In this document: positions 25,077-38,326 of the stretch, in pieces
Layout of the letters: every line of letters starts with the position of its first letter
Numbering within the stretch: position 1 is the first letter of the stretch
Source of the DNA: Octopus sinensis
Lineage: Eukaryota
NCBI RefSeq assembly: GCF_006345805.1
Contig: NW_021833779.1
Span: 1-55,849, forward strand
DNA length: 55,849 nt
Direction: 5' to 3'
Translations under genes and position numbers: made by a program
Notes under the pieces: model-generated
What the model was told of the DNA's origin: nothing
Databases searched by the model: none
What the model saw: the letters and a program-made list of their open reading frames with translations, nothing else

Positions 25077-25106
25077 TTTGTATGTCCTTGGAGAAAAAAC
25101 ATTATA
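25076..25106 (-). promoter_or_regulatory. Residual H2B 5' leader/TATA-like segment, the insertion site of B4 and A4
   Basis: atttgtatgtccttggagaaaaaacattata versus atttgtatgttccggaggggaaaaacattata at 30276-30307, upstream of H2B. Confidence 0.8.
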
Positions 25107-28100
25107 AGTTAAGGGAGTTAAAAACTAACTAAGTAGACCTTCGGCATCGCTGCCTTTTCAGTCTCCATCTCACACACGCCTCCCTACACACAACCACAGG
25201 TTAAGACTTACCGCCTTTACCTGCCATCCAGAAATAATCTTCTCTAGGACCTCAGAGAGGCCTTTGAGAGATGATTCCTGGGCGTCGGAGAGCTCAGTCC
25301 GGAATCCTAAGCCATAGGCTAGCCTTATGGCTCGTCTTCTTACTTTTTTAAGCACGTCAACATGCTTATCCCTGTCCTCATAGAGGTACCAAGCGTGGAC
25401 GCCATAGGTCAAGACGGGTAACACCATGGCGTTAAACACGCGGAACCAGGCACCTCTGCTCAAGCGGAAAGCACGCAACGCACCTAATCGCTGCATTGCA
25501 CGCATTTTCGTACGTGCAATGTGATCATCAAACTTACCGGACGGCTTAAAGAGCACGCCCAAATAAGTCATCCGATCAACTGCAGCGATTGCTGACCCGC
25601 TCAGCAATAACCTAGGAACAAAATTAGTGTAACCCCTCGTCCTTTTACAGACTTTAAGGACACTGCACTTGTCCGCGCACATTCTCAGACCCTACTCCCA
25701 CACCAGTTTGCAAGTCCATCCACAGCAACCTGAAGCCTACGACACGCACACTCCGGTTTCATGAGTGATCCCAGAGGATAATGTCGTCTGCATAGATTAC
25801 CATTTCAGTACGAGCATTGACTGGCATAGGCGCAGTGGCCATAAACACATTGAATAGTAGTGTCGGACTGAGCACAGAGCCCTGAGGGACCCCGCGAAGG
25901 ACTGTTGCGACTTTAGAAAAGACCCCCTGATGCCGCACGACCTGCCTGCGAGATTCAAGAAACCCCGACAGCCAGCGCCTTAGACACGGAGAAACCCCAC
26001 ACGTGGCAAGGGAGCTCCGGAGGCCGTCGTGCCACACCGAGTCAAAGGCCTTTTCAATGTCGAGACTAACTAAAATACCGCATTCCCTTTTCTGGAGGGC
26101 GTTCTTCATACCAGACGACACCTTGTGAAGGCAGTCCCCGCATGAGCGGCCCTCCCTGAAGCCCCATTGGAACTCAGGGAGGGCGTCTGCAACCATCAGC
26201 TCCTCCAGGAGCCTTTGGTGCATAATTCTTTCTAGGATTTTAGATATTGCGGGGAGCAAGGAAATGGGCCTATATCCCCCGGGGACATCATGTGGCTTCC
26301 CGGGCTTTCCGATAAGGATTACCTCAGCCACTTTCCACCTGGAGGGAATCATCCCAAGTCGCAAGCTCCCGTTAAATAAAACCTTTAGTGCAGTGATTAA
26401 CCGCGGCGGGGCCTTCTTAAAGATGGCCATCGGGATCCGATCCAAACCCGCCGCGGTGTTTCTTACTTCGGGAGATTGCTGCCAGAATCTCCGCTTCAGT
26501 AATTTCGCCTGCATCGTCCTTGATATGCCCAGCTGGCAGCGCTTGTCCCACGACAATATCTGCTGGACAGTATCAAAGGACGATGTCTCTACGAACTGAC
26601 TTCCGTCAGTTCCCGAGATGCCATTGAGATGGGCTGAAAGTATTTCAACCACCTCAACCGGGTCCGAAGCGAGGGTTCCATCAGAGCGTTTAAGGCGCAC
26701 TGACTTAGCCCCCTTCTCCCCGACAGGCTCTTCAACTGCTTCCAGAAGTCCGGAAAGCGAGGGTCCACCCTTCGGCATGCCCTCTCCCACCGCGAACTTT
26801 CGAGTTCGCGGATTTCTCTTCGGATCTCCCTCTGAAGCCGGCTAATCCAGCCACGAAACCAAACACGGTTCTCCTCGTAAACGCATTTGTCCCGTAGTCT
26901 GGATAGCCGGCGCTTGAACCTAATTTTATTTAAGATCCGGTGAGGGAGCGTGGAATGTGCCTGACCCTGCACTGAGTTTTGTTTGAAATTATCTCGCATG
27001 TAATCAGTCAGGGCAGCATTGATTCCATTATCAAGCGCCTCCAACTCACGTATGTTGGCGCAGGTATTCCCCACCAGAAGTGAGGGCAACCTGCTGGCCA
27101 TGAAACTCTCCAGGTTAGCCCAGGAACCCACCCGGAGGTCAAAGTATCCTGGGACCCTTTGAGGAACTGGCTCACGGAGTTCGTGCAATAGAGGCAGATG
27201 GTCGCTCCCAATATCGGACAATAAAATAGTTTTACTAACCCAATTTAGAAGACCGGGACTGACCAGAGCAAGCCCTAGCCAGTCACGTCCTCCCCTCGCG
27301 TCGACGTGGTTTGGCTCGCTCGAAGTCCGGATTTCCAGCCCGAGGTCTTCAACCAGCGTCTTCAGAGCCAACCATGCGAGTTGGTTACCCTGAAACCAAG
27401 ATCTTGATGCTTGGCATTCAGGTCCCCAACAACCATGGCCTTCGGATGCTTTTCAAAGAACTCCCGTACGTGCCAGGAGCACGCCGTAAAGTTCTTCGAG
27501 TACATCCACCTAGGTAAAATGTTAACTCGCCTATGCGAATTCTCACTTGGAGGAATTCACACAAGCTACATGAACATATACCTGGACTCTGCAAGGCAAG
27601 GTAGGCTTGTAGTAGAGAGGCTAGTTCCTGTGCCACATATTGACCCCTGTTTCCAGGGTATGTGACGACAGTTGTAGCCATCAACTACGTACGGACCCCC
27701 TTTACCTTCGTTTCGTTGACCACCAGAATGTCCGCACTCGTGGTGGCCAACATCCTCTGAACGGCGTCCCTTTTTCCTTCCAAGGAACGCGCGTTCACCG
27801 ATATGATGTTGAGCATCATATCGGTTCTTCGCCAAGGATCTTCTTGGCCTCGGCAACGTTGCAGTGTAGCATTTCCTCTACACTGCAATTCATCTCCCTA
27901 CAAAATTTTAATAGGGAAACGCATAATTGCACCGCAGGACTAATACTGTCCTGCGGTACACGCTCGCCAGGGGCTGAGTGCAATGGCATCTCCACGTATG
28001 GAGGACGCCTTTTCAGCCCCAGGTTGTGCCGGACGGCGCCGACGTTAGCCGCCTCAGAAGGCATTGCCGGCTTAGGCAACCAAGCGGACTCGGAAGCTTT

Positions 28101-29640
28101 CACCTGCTTTGCCAACTTTGTCGGCGAAGGCTGCACCGACCCACACGTAGCATGGCTCACAGGTTCCACTGTCTTCGCCACCCAAACGGATTTGGAAGGT
28201 TTGGCCAGTATCGCCTGCTTGCCAGGTTTTGGCGCAGGGCGCGCGACGCGACGCGGGCGACTTACTGTTGGGATTACATCCCCACCTACCTTTCGGGTTG
28301 CCTCCTTGAACTTGGGGCAACCTCTGAAGTTGGCAGTGTGTCCCAACTTACCACAGTTGACACACTGCCTCTCCTTGGATGGTGAGGGGCACGTCTTGCG
28401 ACCATGCTCCCCACCGCAAATAAGGCACTTCGCCTTATCCGGGCACTTTGTGGAGATGTGCCCGAACCCCTGACACCGAAAGCATTGGGTGGCTTTCGGG
28501 CGGGGCCAGGCAGCTCTCATCCTAATGTAGCCGATCCTGGTACCAAGAAGTACCAGGCGCTCAGCTTCTGCAGGAGATCCCAGTGTAATCTCCACCACTT
28601 CAAGAGGGCGATTACCCTGCTTGAAGCGTGCAATGGCAGAGGCACTGGGGTACTCCTGCTGCAGATGACCTAGGAGGTCATTATCCTCGAAGTCCCGAGG
28701 AACCCCGAGGAGGAGGACACTTACCTTACTTACCTTACGTTCGATCCTGACAAGGCGATGCATGCCAGGACCGAACGGATTTGACTTCTTCAGCTCCCTT
28801 TGAAGTTGGAGAAGTCATCCTCCTTCTCCCACCCAAGCAGGAATTGGGTGGGCTCCCTCTTCAGGACTCTATACAGCTTTGAAGGCTGGATAGAGTCTAA
28901 CGTACCTAAGATCTTTATGACCGAGGCCTTCCCACTTGTAGGGAGGACCTCAAGTCGTGCCACAGCACCGAAGGTAATTCTGCCCCCGGCGCCAGTGGTC
29001 TTCTTTGGGTGTGCATCCGCCTGATCGGACACACACCCAGTACCTAAAACATTAGGGGGGTTGGACGGCCAGCCGCACGTTTGGGTTTCCCCACCGTGTA
29101 CCAACCGTCCTCAAGGGCAACCTTATTCCTGCCGTACCCACCGGGACGGCCTCAGGAGACGACACCTGTTGGCATTAATTGACTTACCTAGGCTGGGTTT
29201 GGTACCACTAGACAAACGCAAACACGTGGCGAACCAGCATGCTGTGCGGTTGTGGTGGATACCAAACGATCAGAAACCAGTTGCACCTGCAGCTCCCCCG
29301 ACACCAGCCATAGGGGGAGCAGAGGAAGAAGTGTCTCCAGTGAGTGCTGAACCCACCTGGGAGGGTCCAGGCTTCGACTTTCCTTCCTGCTTTCGCCTAG
29401 AAAATTAAAGACACCACTAGAATAGCCGGAAGCGCGTGGCGGTGAACCACGGCTCCGGCAATCATCGTAGTGGCACATGAACCGTCTTGTCCTTCTGGGA
29501 GAGCGAGGCGGGGACACCTCCACTTCTGCATAGTCTTCTAGTGCAGACAGCTTGCGAGCAGATTTTGCAGACAACTGTTCCTTGGTACTTTTGCACCAGT
29601 AGATTTTCGAGCCGTTTGTTTTGTTCTAGCCATATTTATT
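25107..29640 (-). mobile_element. LINE A copy A4, full-length, H3-head ATG at 29633
   Basis: Collinear with A2. Only about 7 nt of H3 leader is present, followed by H2B 3'-flank sequence. Confidence 0.93.
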
Positions 29641-29904
29641 GTTTTGCGAGAGAACGATCAGATCCCGGTCAAAAGAATAGCTTGCAAGTTGTCGCGCATG
29701 ATTGTAACCGAGATCCTTGTTTCAGCCAAGAAGATTCGCGTGCATACATGTTTTCCGAGCTATAAGGAGCCCGACATCTTTTAAGAACTGGATGTTGAGA
29801 AGGCTGCGGAGGTCTCGAATGGCAAAGGAACAATTACTAGTTAGATTTCGATTGTGTTGCAATAGTTATTTAGAGAACAAATGAATAAAAATATTTTTAA
29901 AGTG

Positions 29905-30265
29905 TTATTTTGTATTTGTGTACTTAGTAACTGCCTTTGCACCTTCTGTAATAGCATGTTTTGCCAATTCACCCGGAAGAATCAGACGAACTGCAGTCTG
30001 TATTTCACGTGAGGTAATGGTAGCCTTCGAATTCTGATAGACTAAATTTGAAGCCTCGGTTTTATTTTGTCATAAACATCGAATGTAAAACTGTCCATAG
30101 CCATCATAGCCTTCTTTGACATCCCAAGTTGATTATGTACTGTCTTTAAATTTTCATAAGATATCGAAAAAGTTTTCCTTTCTTTTTTTTCTTTGTAGCG
30201 ACGGAAACATTTTTTGTTTTAATGGGAGCTCTTTTTTGTCCTTTTGTGCTAACTTTAGGTGCCAT
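29905..30265 (-). CDS. H2B: Histone H2B (subtype 1; several small indels, error or pseudogene)
   Basis: Collinear with the intact H2B at 52388-52753. The promoter motif is at 30312-30337. Confidence 0.85.
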
Positions 30266-30480
30266 TATTAACAAAATTTGTATGTTCCGGAGGGGAAAAA
30301 CATTATATAATAAAAAAAGTATCATTCCGAATTTTTTGAGAGGAATAATTTGTAATAGTAGTAGTAATTAAATATTTCTTAATAAAATAAAACAATAAAG
30401 TAAAACGAGAGAAAGTTATAAATTAGTTAATGTCATGAGGAAATTATTATTATAATACATTCCGTAGGAAATTAACAAAG

Positions 30481-30629
30481 TTATATCCGACACGTGTCAC
30501 AAGCAAAACAATCTTCTGTTCCTTGCTCGTCCATGCCCCTCTGTTGCGGGCGAAATCCCGCAAAGATTTTTAGGTCGTCCCAGTTTTTGAAACTTTTGTC
30601 ATGAAGTTTGAGATCCCTTTCAAGAACTG
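30481..30629 (-). pseudogene. RTE-like LINE 3' remnant (paralogue of 55408-55653)
   Basis: VLERDLKLH..FKNWDDL..RNRGAW-type C-terminus. Confidence 0.55.
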
Positions 30630-30631
30630 TG

Positions 30632-30730
30632 TGTGATGACATGGGATGAACTGGTCACCAAATACCACAAGCGGTACTTAAGACAGTTGGATGTAGATAA
30701 GTCTCTACAGGCTTATATACAGTCAGCCCT
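30632..30730 (+). pseudogene. RLE-type (R4/Dong-like) LINE C-terminal remnant
   Basis: Manual translation VMTWDELVTKYHKRYLRQLDVDKSLQAYIQS resembles the ..TWDG.VTKYH..Y...AYIQS tail of RLE LINEs (motif recall). Confidence 0.5.
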
Positions 30731-30972
30731 TTCTGACGTTTAGTCAGCAAGAGGCGCTAGACTGCACCTTCTCGAAGGTCTACAGTGCCAGAGAAGAAAA
30801 AGAGGAGGTGCGTGGAGTGCCACCTTCTGCTCACTTCGAAGGCTCTGGACTTAGTAAAATTACTTAGTTTCTTTTTTTAATAAAGCTAGTTAGTATATTT
30901 ATGAAATTGCTAATTTTTATCTGGTTAATTTGTAAGGAATATCAATGTATTTTATTAAAAAAAATGTATAAT

Positions 30973-31122
30973 TTATCCACCAAATCCGTAATTGTCCTAC
31001 CTTGACGTTTCAAGGCATTAACAACGTCCATTGCGATAACAGTTTTTCTTTTGGCATGCTCAGTGTAAGAAATACAATCACGAACAGTTTGCTCAATAAA
31101 AATCTTAAGGACAGAACGTGTC
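30973..31122 (-). pseudogene. H4: H4 3' half; the 5' half, promoter and all of H2A are deleted
   Basis: H4 sequence stops at gaacgtgtc and continues directly into the H2A 3' flank (attatttgaataatg). Confidence 0.9.
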
Positions 31123-31361
31123 ATTATTTGAATAATGCACTGTTATTTTGTAATATTGTTTTCGAAATACAATAGATCAACCAGTTAAGTTTTTTTAACG
31201 AATTTCAAAAAAATTTCAAACACAATCAACGAATAAACATTTAGAAGTAATTTAGATAAAATATCGCAATACTGTGTTATTTTATCATTGGCGGAATATT
31301 TTTTTAGTCCAATATAATTTATTTACTTAGGCTAAATTATCCAAAAAATAGTAAATATATA

Positions 31362-32836
31362 CAGTGAACAAAAATAAAAACTGAAAAAGCATTTTCTCAT
31401 GAATTTACTATGAAACAATATTTAAAAAATAACTTCTATTGATTTAAAAAAATTAAATAAAGTTTTGCTGTATTTTTAGTTTGTCTAAAAAATATATATT
31501 TATACAGTTTCCATTCATTCATAATTCAGAACCCAAAAAATGAACAAATTTATTTAATATCTATTATGTCCTCCATTAGCTCTAATTTACATCTAGTATT
31601 CGGCCTGGCATGCTATTAATAAGACTTTTTGCGTATTCTATTTTGAGTTAATTCCAAATGGATGATATTTTTGCAAATAATGTTCCTTTTTCAAAAATTC
31701 TCTTCCTTTGATTTTTTCTTTAATAAAGGCCCAAACATTCTCTATAGGGTTTAAATCTGGGCTTTGTGTTGGCCATAGTAGTAATTCGATATTATTTACT
31801 TGAAAAAAGCTCTTTGCTATTGCCGAAGTATGTTTCAGATCATTGTCTTGTTGGAAACTAGGATCTTTATGTTCGATTTTGTTTTGTCAGAAATGAGATC
31901 ATATTATTCGTAATATGTTAACATACAAAGCTCCACCAATCTTCTCTTTTATCAAAACCAAATTAATGAATCCAATATTGATTATGGCATGATAGTTCAT
32001 GATAGTTCCTTTACCGAATTTTATTGTTTTTGTAAGATTGCTTGTTAAATATTTTTCCTTGCGATTTCTCCATACTAAAGTTCTTACATCATATTTTACA
32101 TATTAAATTTACTTTCATCACTTAAAATAACTCGCTCCCGAAATATTTTGAGAGCATATTGCATGTTTGGCATAGCTTTAATCATTGAAGTTTAGGGTTT
32201 TGGTAAGAAGTGGTCTTTCGTGGGCGGATATGCATTCAGACCAATTTTTCGTGGTATTTCTTATTGTTTGAGCTGTTACTGATTTCCTTTTTTTCTGTAA
32301 ATGTTTTTAGTAAATTAAAAACAGTTGAAATTGACATCCACTTTTCAAGCCTCTTTAATTTAAATATTTTTGACGATTGAGCAACGAATGGTCAACCAGA
32401 CCCAACTTTTTTGTCCGTCAAGCACTTATTTGAATAGCTTTTGATAATTTGCAATATCGTGCCAAGCATACTTTTTCGTGATATCTTGTATTTCTCTGTA
32501 TGTTTTCCAGATTTTATGCATGCCATTATTCTGCCTTTTTCTTCAAATGTTCAATGATTGGCTATGTAGAGAGGTTACAATTGATTGATTTGAACGAATT
32601 TTAAAAAATATAACCTTTTTTTGATATATATATAAGTAATTTAAATTTGTTCAGTATTTTTTTGGTTTTAAATTTTCGATATCATAAAAAAAGGGCATAA
32701 ATATATATTTATTAAAAAAAACTAAAAAATGTAAAATACTTTAATCTATGTTAAAAATAAATTTGAGACATATTGCAATATTGTCCAATTGTAAATTTAT
32801 AAGAAAGAGCATGTTCAGTTTTTATTTTGTTCACTA
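31362..32836 (-). mobile_element. Tc1-like transposon (decayed), fixed in the unit
   Basis: Copy of 49743-51226. Confidence 0.88.
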
Positions 32837-33061
32837 TAGCTTGTTCATGGTTATAGGTTTTTGTTGTTTTCCTGCTATATATAATTATCCAAGAAATCCC
32901 GTATTAAACAATTTTAATTATATATTTTTAAAATACACAACTAGTATCCTCTTTTTATCTAAACGAGGTGCAACATTACATTTTCTACAAACTTCAACAA
33001 AAAATTTAAAAATTGTCTCAGAATTATCCAAACAATAAATCATTTTTTATTTAAAATACAA

Positions 33062-33471
33062 TTATGTTTTTTCACCTCGAATTCTTCTCGATAAATGCAT
33101 ATCGTTTGGCATTATAGTTACTCTTTTTCCGTGAATTGCGCACAAATTACTATCTTCAAAAATTCCAACTAGGTAACTCTCTGCCGCTTCTTGGAGAGCG
33201 ACAATCGCTGACGATTGAAAACGCAAATCAGTTTTGATAAACTGAGCGGTTTCTCTCACGAGTCTCTGGAATGGAAGTTTTCGTAGTAACAAATCAGTGC
33301 TCTTTGATATCGTCTAATTTCTCGCATTGCAACAACTCCAGGTCGAAATCGATGAGGTTTCTTTACCCCTCCAAATTGTGAAACAGACTTGCGAGCAGAT
33401 TTTGCAGACAATTGTTTCCTTGGAACTTTTGCTCCAGTAGATTTTCGAGCAGTTTGTTTAGTTCTAGCCAT
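33062..33471 (-). CDS. H3: Histone H3 (subtype 2; one homopolymer indel)
   Basis: Two ORF pieces give a full H3. Confidence 0.93.
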
Positions 33472-33990
33472 ATTTTTTTTATTTCAGACAGGACAGTTTC
33501 AGGCTAGTTATTTTTGTTTTATATAGTTAAACAACATTATTCCGAATTTTTTCGAGAAAAAGTATCATTCCGAAAATTTTTTGCTCATCATTTTTAAAAT
33601 TAAAAAATTAAATATTTTTTAAATAATATTTATCAGCACCATCAAATATTGTAACTATTGCTTAATTGATGAATTTTTCGAGATTACAGACTAAATTACT
33701 AGTGAACTAATTAAAGAAAAAACAGAGAACGATCAGATCCCGGTCAAAAGAATAGCTTGCGTGTTGCCGCGCATGATTGTACCAGAGATCCTCTGTCTTA
33801 GCCAAGAAGATTCGCTTGCATCCATGTTTCTCCGAGCGATAAGGAGGCAGACGTGTTTTAAGAACTTGGATGTTTGCGGGACAAAGGCTGCGGAGATCTC
33901 GAATGCCAAAGGGACAATTACTAGTTGCATTTGGATTGTTGAAATAGTTATTTAAAGAACAAATAAATAAAACAATTTTTTTTTAAAGTG

Positions 33991-34355
33991 TTATTTTGTA
34001 TTCGTGTACTTAGTAACTGCCTTTGCACCCTCTGTAATAGCATGTTTTGCCAATTCACGGGAAGAATCAGACGAACTGCAGTCTGTATTTCACGTGAGGT
34101 AATGGTAGCCTTCGAATTCTGATAGACTAGATTTGATGCCTCGGTTTTTATTTTGTCATAAACATCAAATGTGAAACTGTCCATAGCCATCATAGCCTTC
34201 TTTGACATCCCAAGTTGATTATGTACTGTCTTTAAAAATTTTCATAAGATATATGGAAAAAGTTTTCCTTTTCTTTTTTTTCTTTTAGCAACAAGAAACA
34301 TTTTGGCTTTTTATAGGAGCTCTTTTTGTCCCTTTGTGCTAACTTTAGGTGCCAT
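33991..34355 (-). CDS. H2B: Histone H2B (subtype 2; indels probably errors)
   Basis: Collinear with 52388-52753. Confidence 0.9.
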
Positions 34356-34473
34356 TATCCACAAAATTTGCAAGTTTTGAAGTGAAAAAATCTCCATAAT
34401 AAAAAAGTATCATTCCGAATTTTGTTGAGTAATTCAAAAAAAGTATAATTCCAAAATTTTTGAAGTTGAGCTA

Positions 34474-35520
34474 ACACTGGGATCTCCTGCAGAAGCCGAG
34501 CGCCTGGTACTTCTTGGTACCAGGCGGCTACATTAGGATCCGAGCTGCCTGGCCCCGCCCGAAAGCAACCCAATGCTTTCGGTGTCAGGGGGTTCGGGCA
34601 CATCTCTACGAAGTGCCCGGATAAGGCTAAGTGCCTTATCTGCGGTGGAGAGCATGGTCGCAAGACGTGCCCCTCACCATCCAAGGAGAGGCAGTGTGTC
34701 AATTGCGGTAAGTTAGGACACACTGCCAACTTCAGAGGTTGCCCCAAGTTTAAGGAGGCAACCCGAAAGGTAGGTGGGGATGTAATCCCAAAGGTAAGGC
34801 GCCCGCCTCGCGTCGCGCCCCTGCCCCAAAACCTGACAAGCAGGCGATACTGGCCAAACCTTCCAAACCCGCTAGGGTGGCGAAGCCAGTGGAACTGTTG
34901 AGCCATGCTGCGTGTGGGTCGGTGCAGCCTTCGCCGACAAAGTTGGCAAAGCAGGCGAAAAGCTTCCGAGTCCGCTTGGTTGCCTAAGCCGGCAATGCCT
35001 TCCGAGGCGGCTAACGCGGCACCGTCCGGCACAACCTGGGGCTGAAAAGGCGTTCTCCATACGTGGAGATGCCATTGCACTCAGCCCTGGCGAGCGTGTG
35101 TACCGCAGGACAGTATTAGTCCTGCGGTGCATTATGCGTTCCCTATTAAAATTTTGTAGGAGATGAATTGCAGTGTAGATGAAATGCTACACTGCAACGT
35201 TGCCGAGGCCAAGAAGATCCTTGGCGAAGAACCGATATGATGCTCAACATCATATCGGTGAACGCGCGTTCCCTGGAAGGGAAAAGGGACGCCGTTCAGA
35301 GGATGTTGGCCACCACGAGTGCGGACATTCTGGTGGTCAACGAAACGAAGATAAGGGGGGGTCCGTACGTAGTTGATGGCTACAACTGTCGTCACATACC
35401 CTGGAAAGACGGGTCAAATGTGGCACGGGAACTAGCCTCTTCTACAAGCCGTACCTTCCCCTAAAAGTTCAGGTTTGTTTATGTAGCCTATGTGAATTCC
35501 TCCAAGTGAGAATTCGCATA
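34474..35520 (+). mobile_element. Older, diverged LINE A internal fragment fixed in the subtype-2 unit
   Basis: Copy of 52874-53928. Confidence 0.85.
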
Positions 35521-35532
35521 AAATATGCACAA

Positions 35533-35805
35533 ATGGTTTTTCTCCTCAAAGAAAATTCCTGGAAAAAATATGGCTGGAAGAAGGTTTGTGTTATAAATTA
35601 TAAAGGTTCGGGTCTAGGAAAAAAACAGTCAAGGCGAACCGAACTGGTCACATTAAAAGAAATAGGGGAGGAATGGGGGTATGATTACAATTTATACAAT
35701 TAGGTCGGTTATCAAGAAGTACTTGATAAATTGGTAGACGCACAGTTTATAAGGACCTACCAAAATAAAGAAAACGAAGCCGGAAAAAGGGCTAAGGCAG
35801 AATAA
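35533..35805 (+). CDS. Small G-patch protein gene (copy with indels)
   Basis: Copy of 53941-54214. Confidence 0.65.
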
Positions 35806-36419
35806 TATTTTTTATAATAAATTTTTTGTTTTCTGAACTTTAAAATGTTGAAAACATAATATAAAAAATAAGGGTTTTTTCTAAGCTACTTTCAGAAAAA
35901 GATTACAGTTTAAATTATTTTTGATAGTACTCCAATTGAAATAGAGTTCAAATATTTTTTTAATTTTTTTCCAAGTCCGAAAGTAGAAGCACCTAGGCTC
36001 GGTACACCCAAGGCCTGTGACATTAATAATATAAATAATATAACAATAATAAAATTCGTGTTCAGTTTAAAAACAGTCTACATAAAAAATATAACAATAA
36101 TGATTAAAATTTAAAGAAATTGATCATTTTAGATTTTAGGGCGCTAAAATACAAGATCGCCAAATCCGGGAACAAATAAATAAAATTTTGCCATAAGAAT
36201 ATAAAGAATAGAACTTTCTATCAAAAATAAAGTAAAATTCAATTAATAAAGATAAATGAGAAGATTTGAAATAAGCGAAATAACAAATTAAGAAAGAATA
36301 AACTCGCAAATATAAAAAATGATGAAATTTCAGATAATTTATTAATTAAAAGAAACTACATCGCAAAATATTCCTTCTAATCCAAATAAATAAAAAATAA
36401 AGATGACCAAATAATGGCA

Positions 36420-36505
36420 AATGATTGTGAAACAGATTGCGAGCAGATTGTTTCCTTGGAATTTTGCTCCAGTAGATTTTTGAGCAGTTGTTGTGTTCTA
36501 GCCAT
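36420..36505 (-). pseudogene. H3: Decayed H3 N-terminal fragment
   Basis: Copy of 54833-54921. Confidence 0.8.
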
Positions 36506-36692
36506 ATTTTTGTTATTTCAGACAGAACCGATTCAGACAAGTTATTTTTGTTTTATATTATTCCGAATTTTTAAACAACGTTATGGAATGGAATGGAAAG
36601 TGGAGTGAAAAAATCTCATATAATAAAAAAGTATCATTCCGAAATTTTGTTGAGTAATTCAAAAAAAGTATAATTCCAAAATTTTTGAAGTT

Positions 36693-37236
36693 GACGGGAT
36701 GACCCTTTTCCCATTTGAGAAAGGAAAAGGCCTCGTATGGCATGCAAGCTGCTGGGATACTTTCTCTGCTTCACATCTAACCTCGTGTGCTCTGGAGGCT
36801 AAATCAGCTGCTAAAAAGCCTGAAGATTTAAAGCTTTCCAAATATTCTGCCCTTTTGGAATAAAATATCAAGAGGAATTCTGCAAGGGGACTCTTGTCTC
36901 CACAGCTATTTGTTTTGGTGATGGATACTTTGAGTAGGATGTATTAATGTTTTAGTATTATAACACATTCCGTGGGAACATAAACAAAGTTATAATCCCA
37001 CACACGTGTCACAAGCGAAACAATCTTCTGGACCATCCTTGTCCATGCCCTTCTGTTGCGGGCGAGATCCCGTAAAGATTCTAGGTCGTCCCAGTTTTTG
37101 AAACTTTTGCCATGAAGTTTGAGATCCCTTCAAGAACTGTCGGAAGAGTGGATCTAGGTCTTCCACGATATTTGTCTCCATGTTCAAGAAATAATCGTCC
37201 ATTGCCCGATTGGCCGGAGCTCTGGGGTCCACTCGC
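36693..37236. pseudogene. Mosaic of LINE debris (CRE-like RLE, RT fragment, RTE-like 3' end)
   Basis: Copy of 55109-55653. Confidence 0.65.
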
Positions 37237-37503
37237 AAATAATTCTCTAAATAAACATAATTATAAACAGATGCAAAAAAATAAAATATTAGAAAAAAAT
37301 AAATTTTTCCAACGATATAACTCTAATTTACTGTATAAATATACTTTTTGTTATTTCAACAAGATTTCTTACCAATTAAAAAAGCAATCGTAGTATTTCA
37401 CCGTCGTTTGGTAGCTAGTTAGTATATTTATGAAATTGCTAATTTTTATCTGGTTAATTTGTAAGGAATATCAATGTATTTTATTAAAAAAATTATGTAT
37501 AAT

Positions 37504-37812
37504 TTATCCACCAAATCCGTAAATTGTCCTACCTTGACGTTTCAAGGCATTAACAACGTCCATTGCGATAACAGTTTTTCTTTTGGCATGTTCAGTATAG
37601 GAAATACAATCACGAACAGTTTGCTCAATAAAAATCTTAAGGACAGAACGTGTCTCCTCGTAAATTTTTCCAGAAATTCTTCGAACACCCCCTCTTCGAC
37701 ATAGTCTTCTTATTGCTGGCTTAGTAATTCCTTGTATATTGTCAATTAATATCTTTCGAAATCGTTTTGCACCACTCTTTCCTCCTTTGCCACCTTTACC
37801 ACGTCCAGACAT
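37504..37812 (-). CDS. H4: Histone H4 (subtype 2)
   Basis: Protein identical to 487-795, with synonymous SNPs. Confidence 0.98.
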   Translation of the reverse strand: MSGRGKGGKGGKSGAKRFRKILIDNIQGITKPAIRRLCRRGGVRRISGKIYEETRSVLKIFIEQTVRDCISYTEHAKRKTVIAMDVVNALKRQGRTIYGFGG

Positions 37813-37966
37813 TGAAAAATTCTCTAAATGAACACTATTTTCAACCTATGCACAAAAAGTATCATTGCCAAATTTTTTCAAAAGGACTATTCCGAAAAAA
37901 ATTTTCAACTAAATTTCGGAATGCCATTTTTTTATTATGTAAATAAAAAATAGTTAGCAGAGTATA

Positions 37967-38326
37967 ATGTCTTCAAGAGGAAAAGGAGGAAAAGTACGGT
38001 CAAAGGCTAAAAGCAAATCCGTTCGGGCCGGGTTACAGTTTCCAGTTGGACGCATTCACCGGTGTCTCCGTCATGAAACCCGAATGCGAGTAGGAATTCC
38101 TGCCGCAGTATATATGTGCGCAGTATTGGAATATGCTGTGGCTGAAATGCTTGAACTTGCTGGAAATACAGCAGTAAAATGTGGAAAAAGAAGAATTAAA
38201 CCACGTCACATTGTCGTTGCAATTGGAAATGACGACGAATTAAAAGAATTAACTCAGAAAGCTATTATTTCATCTGGTGGATTTATGATTCGCAAAACTG
38301 CAGAAACTCCTAAACCAACTTCCTAA
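37967..38326 (+). CDS. H2A: Histone H2A (subtype 2)
   Basis: One amino-acid difference (T/P near the C-terminus) from 964-1323. Confidence 0.97.
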   Translation: MSSRGKGGKVRSKAKSKSVRAGLQFPVGRIHRCLRHETRMRVGIPAAVYMCAVLEYAVAEMLELAGNTAVKCGKRRIKPRHIVVAIGNDDELKELTQKAIISSGGFMIRKTAETPKPTS

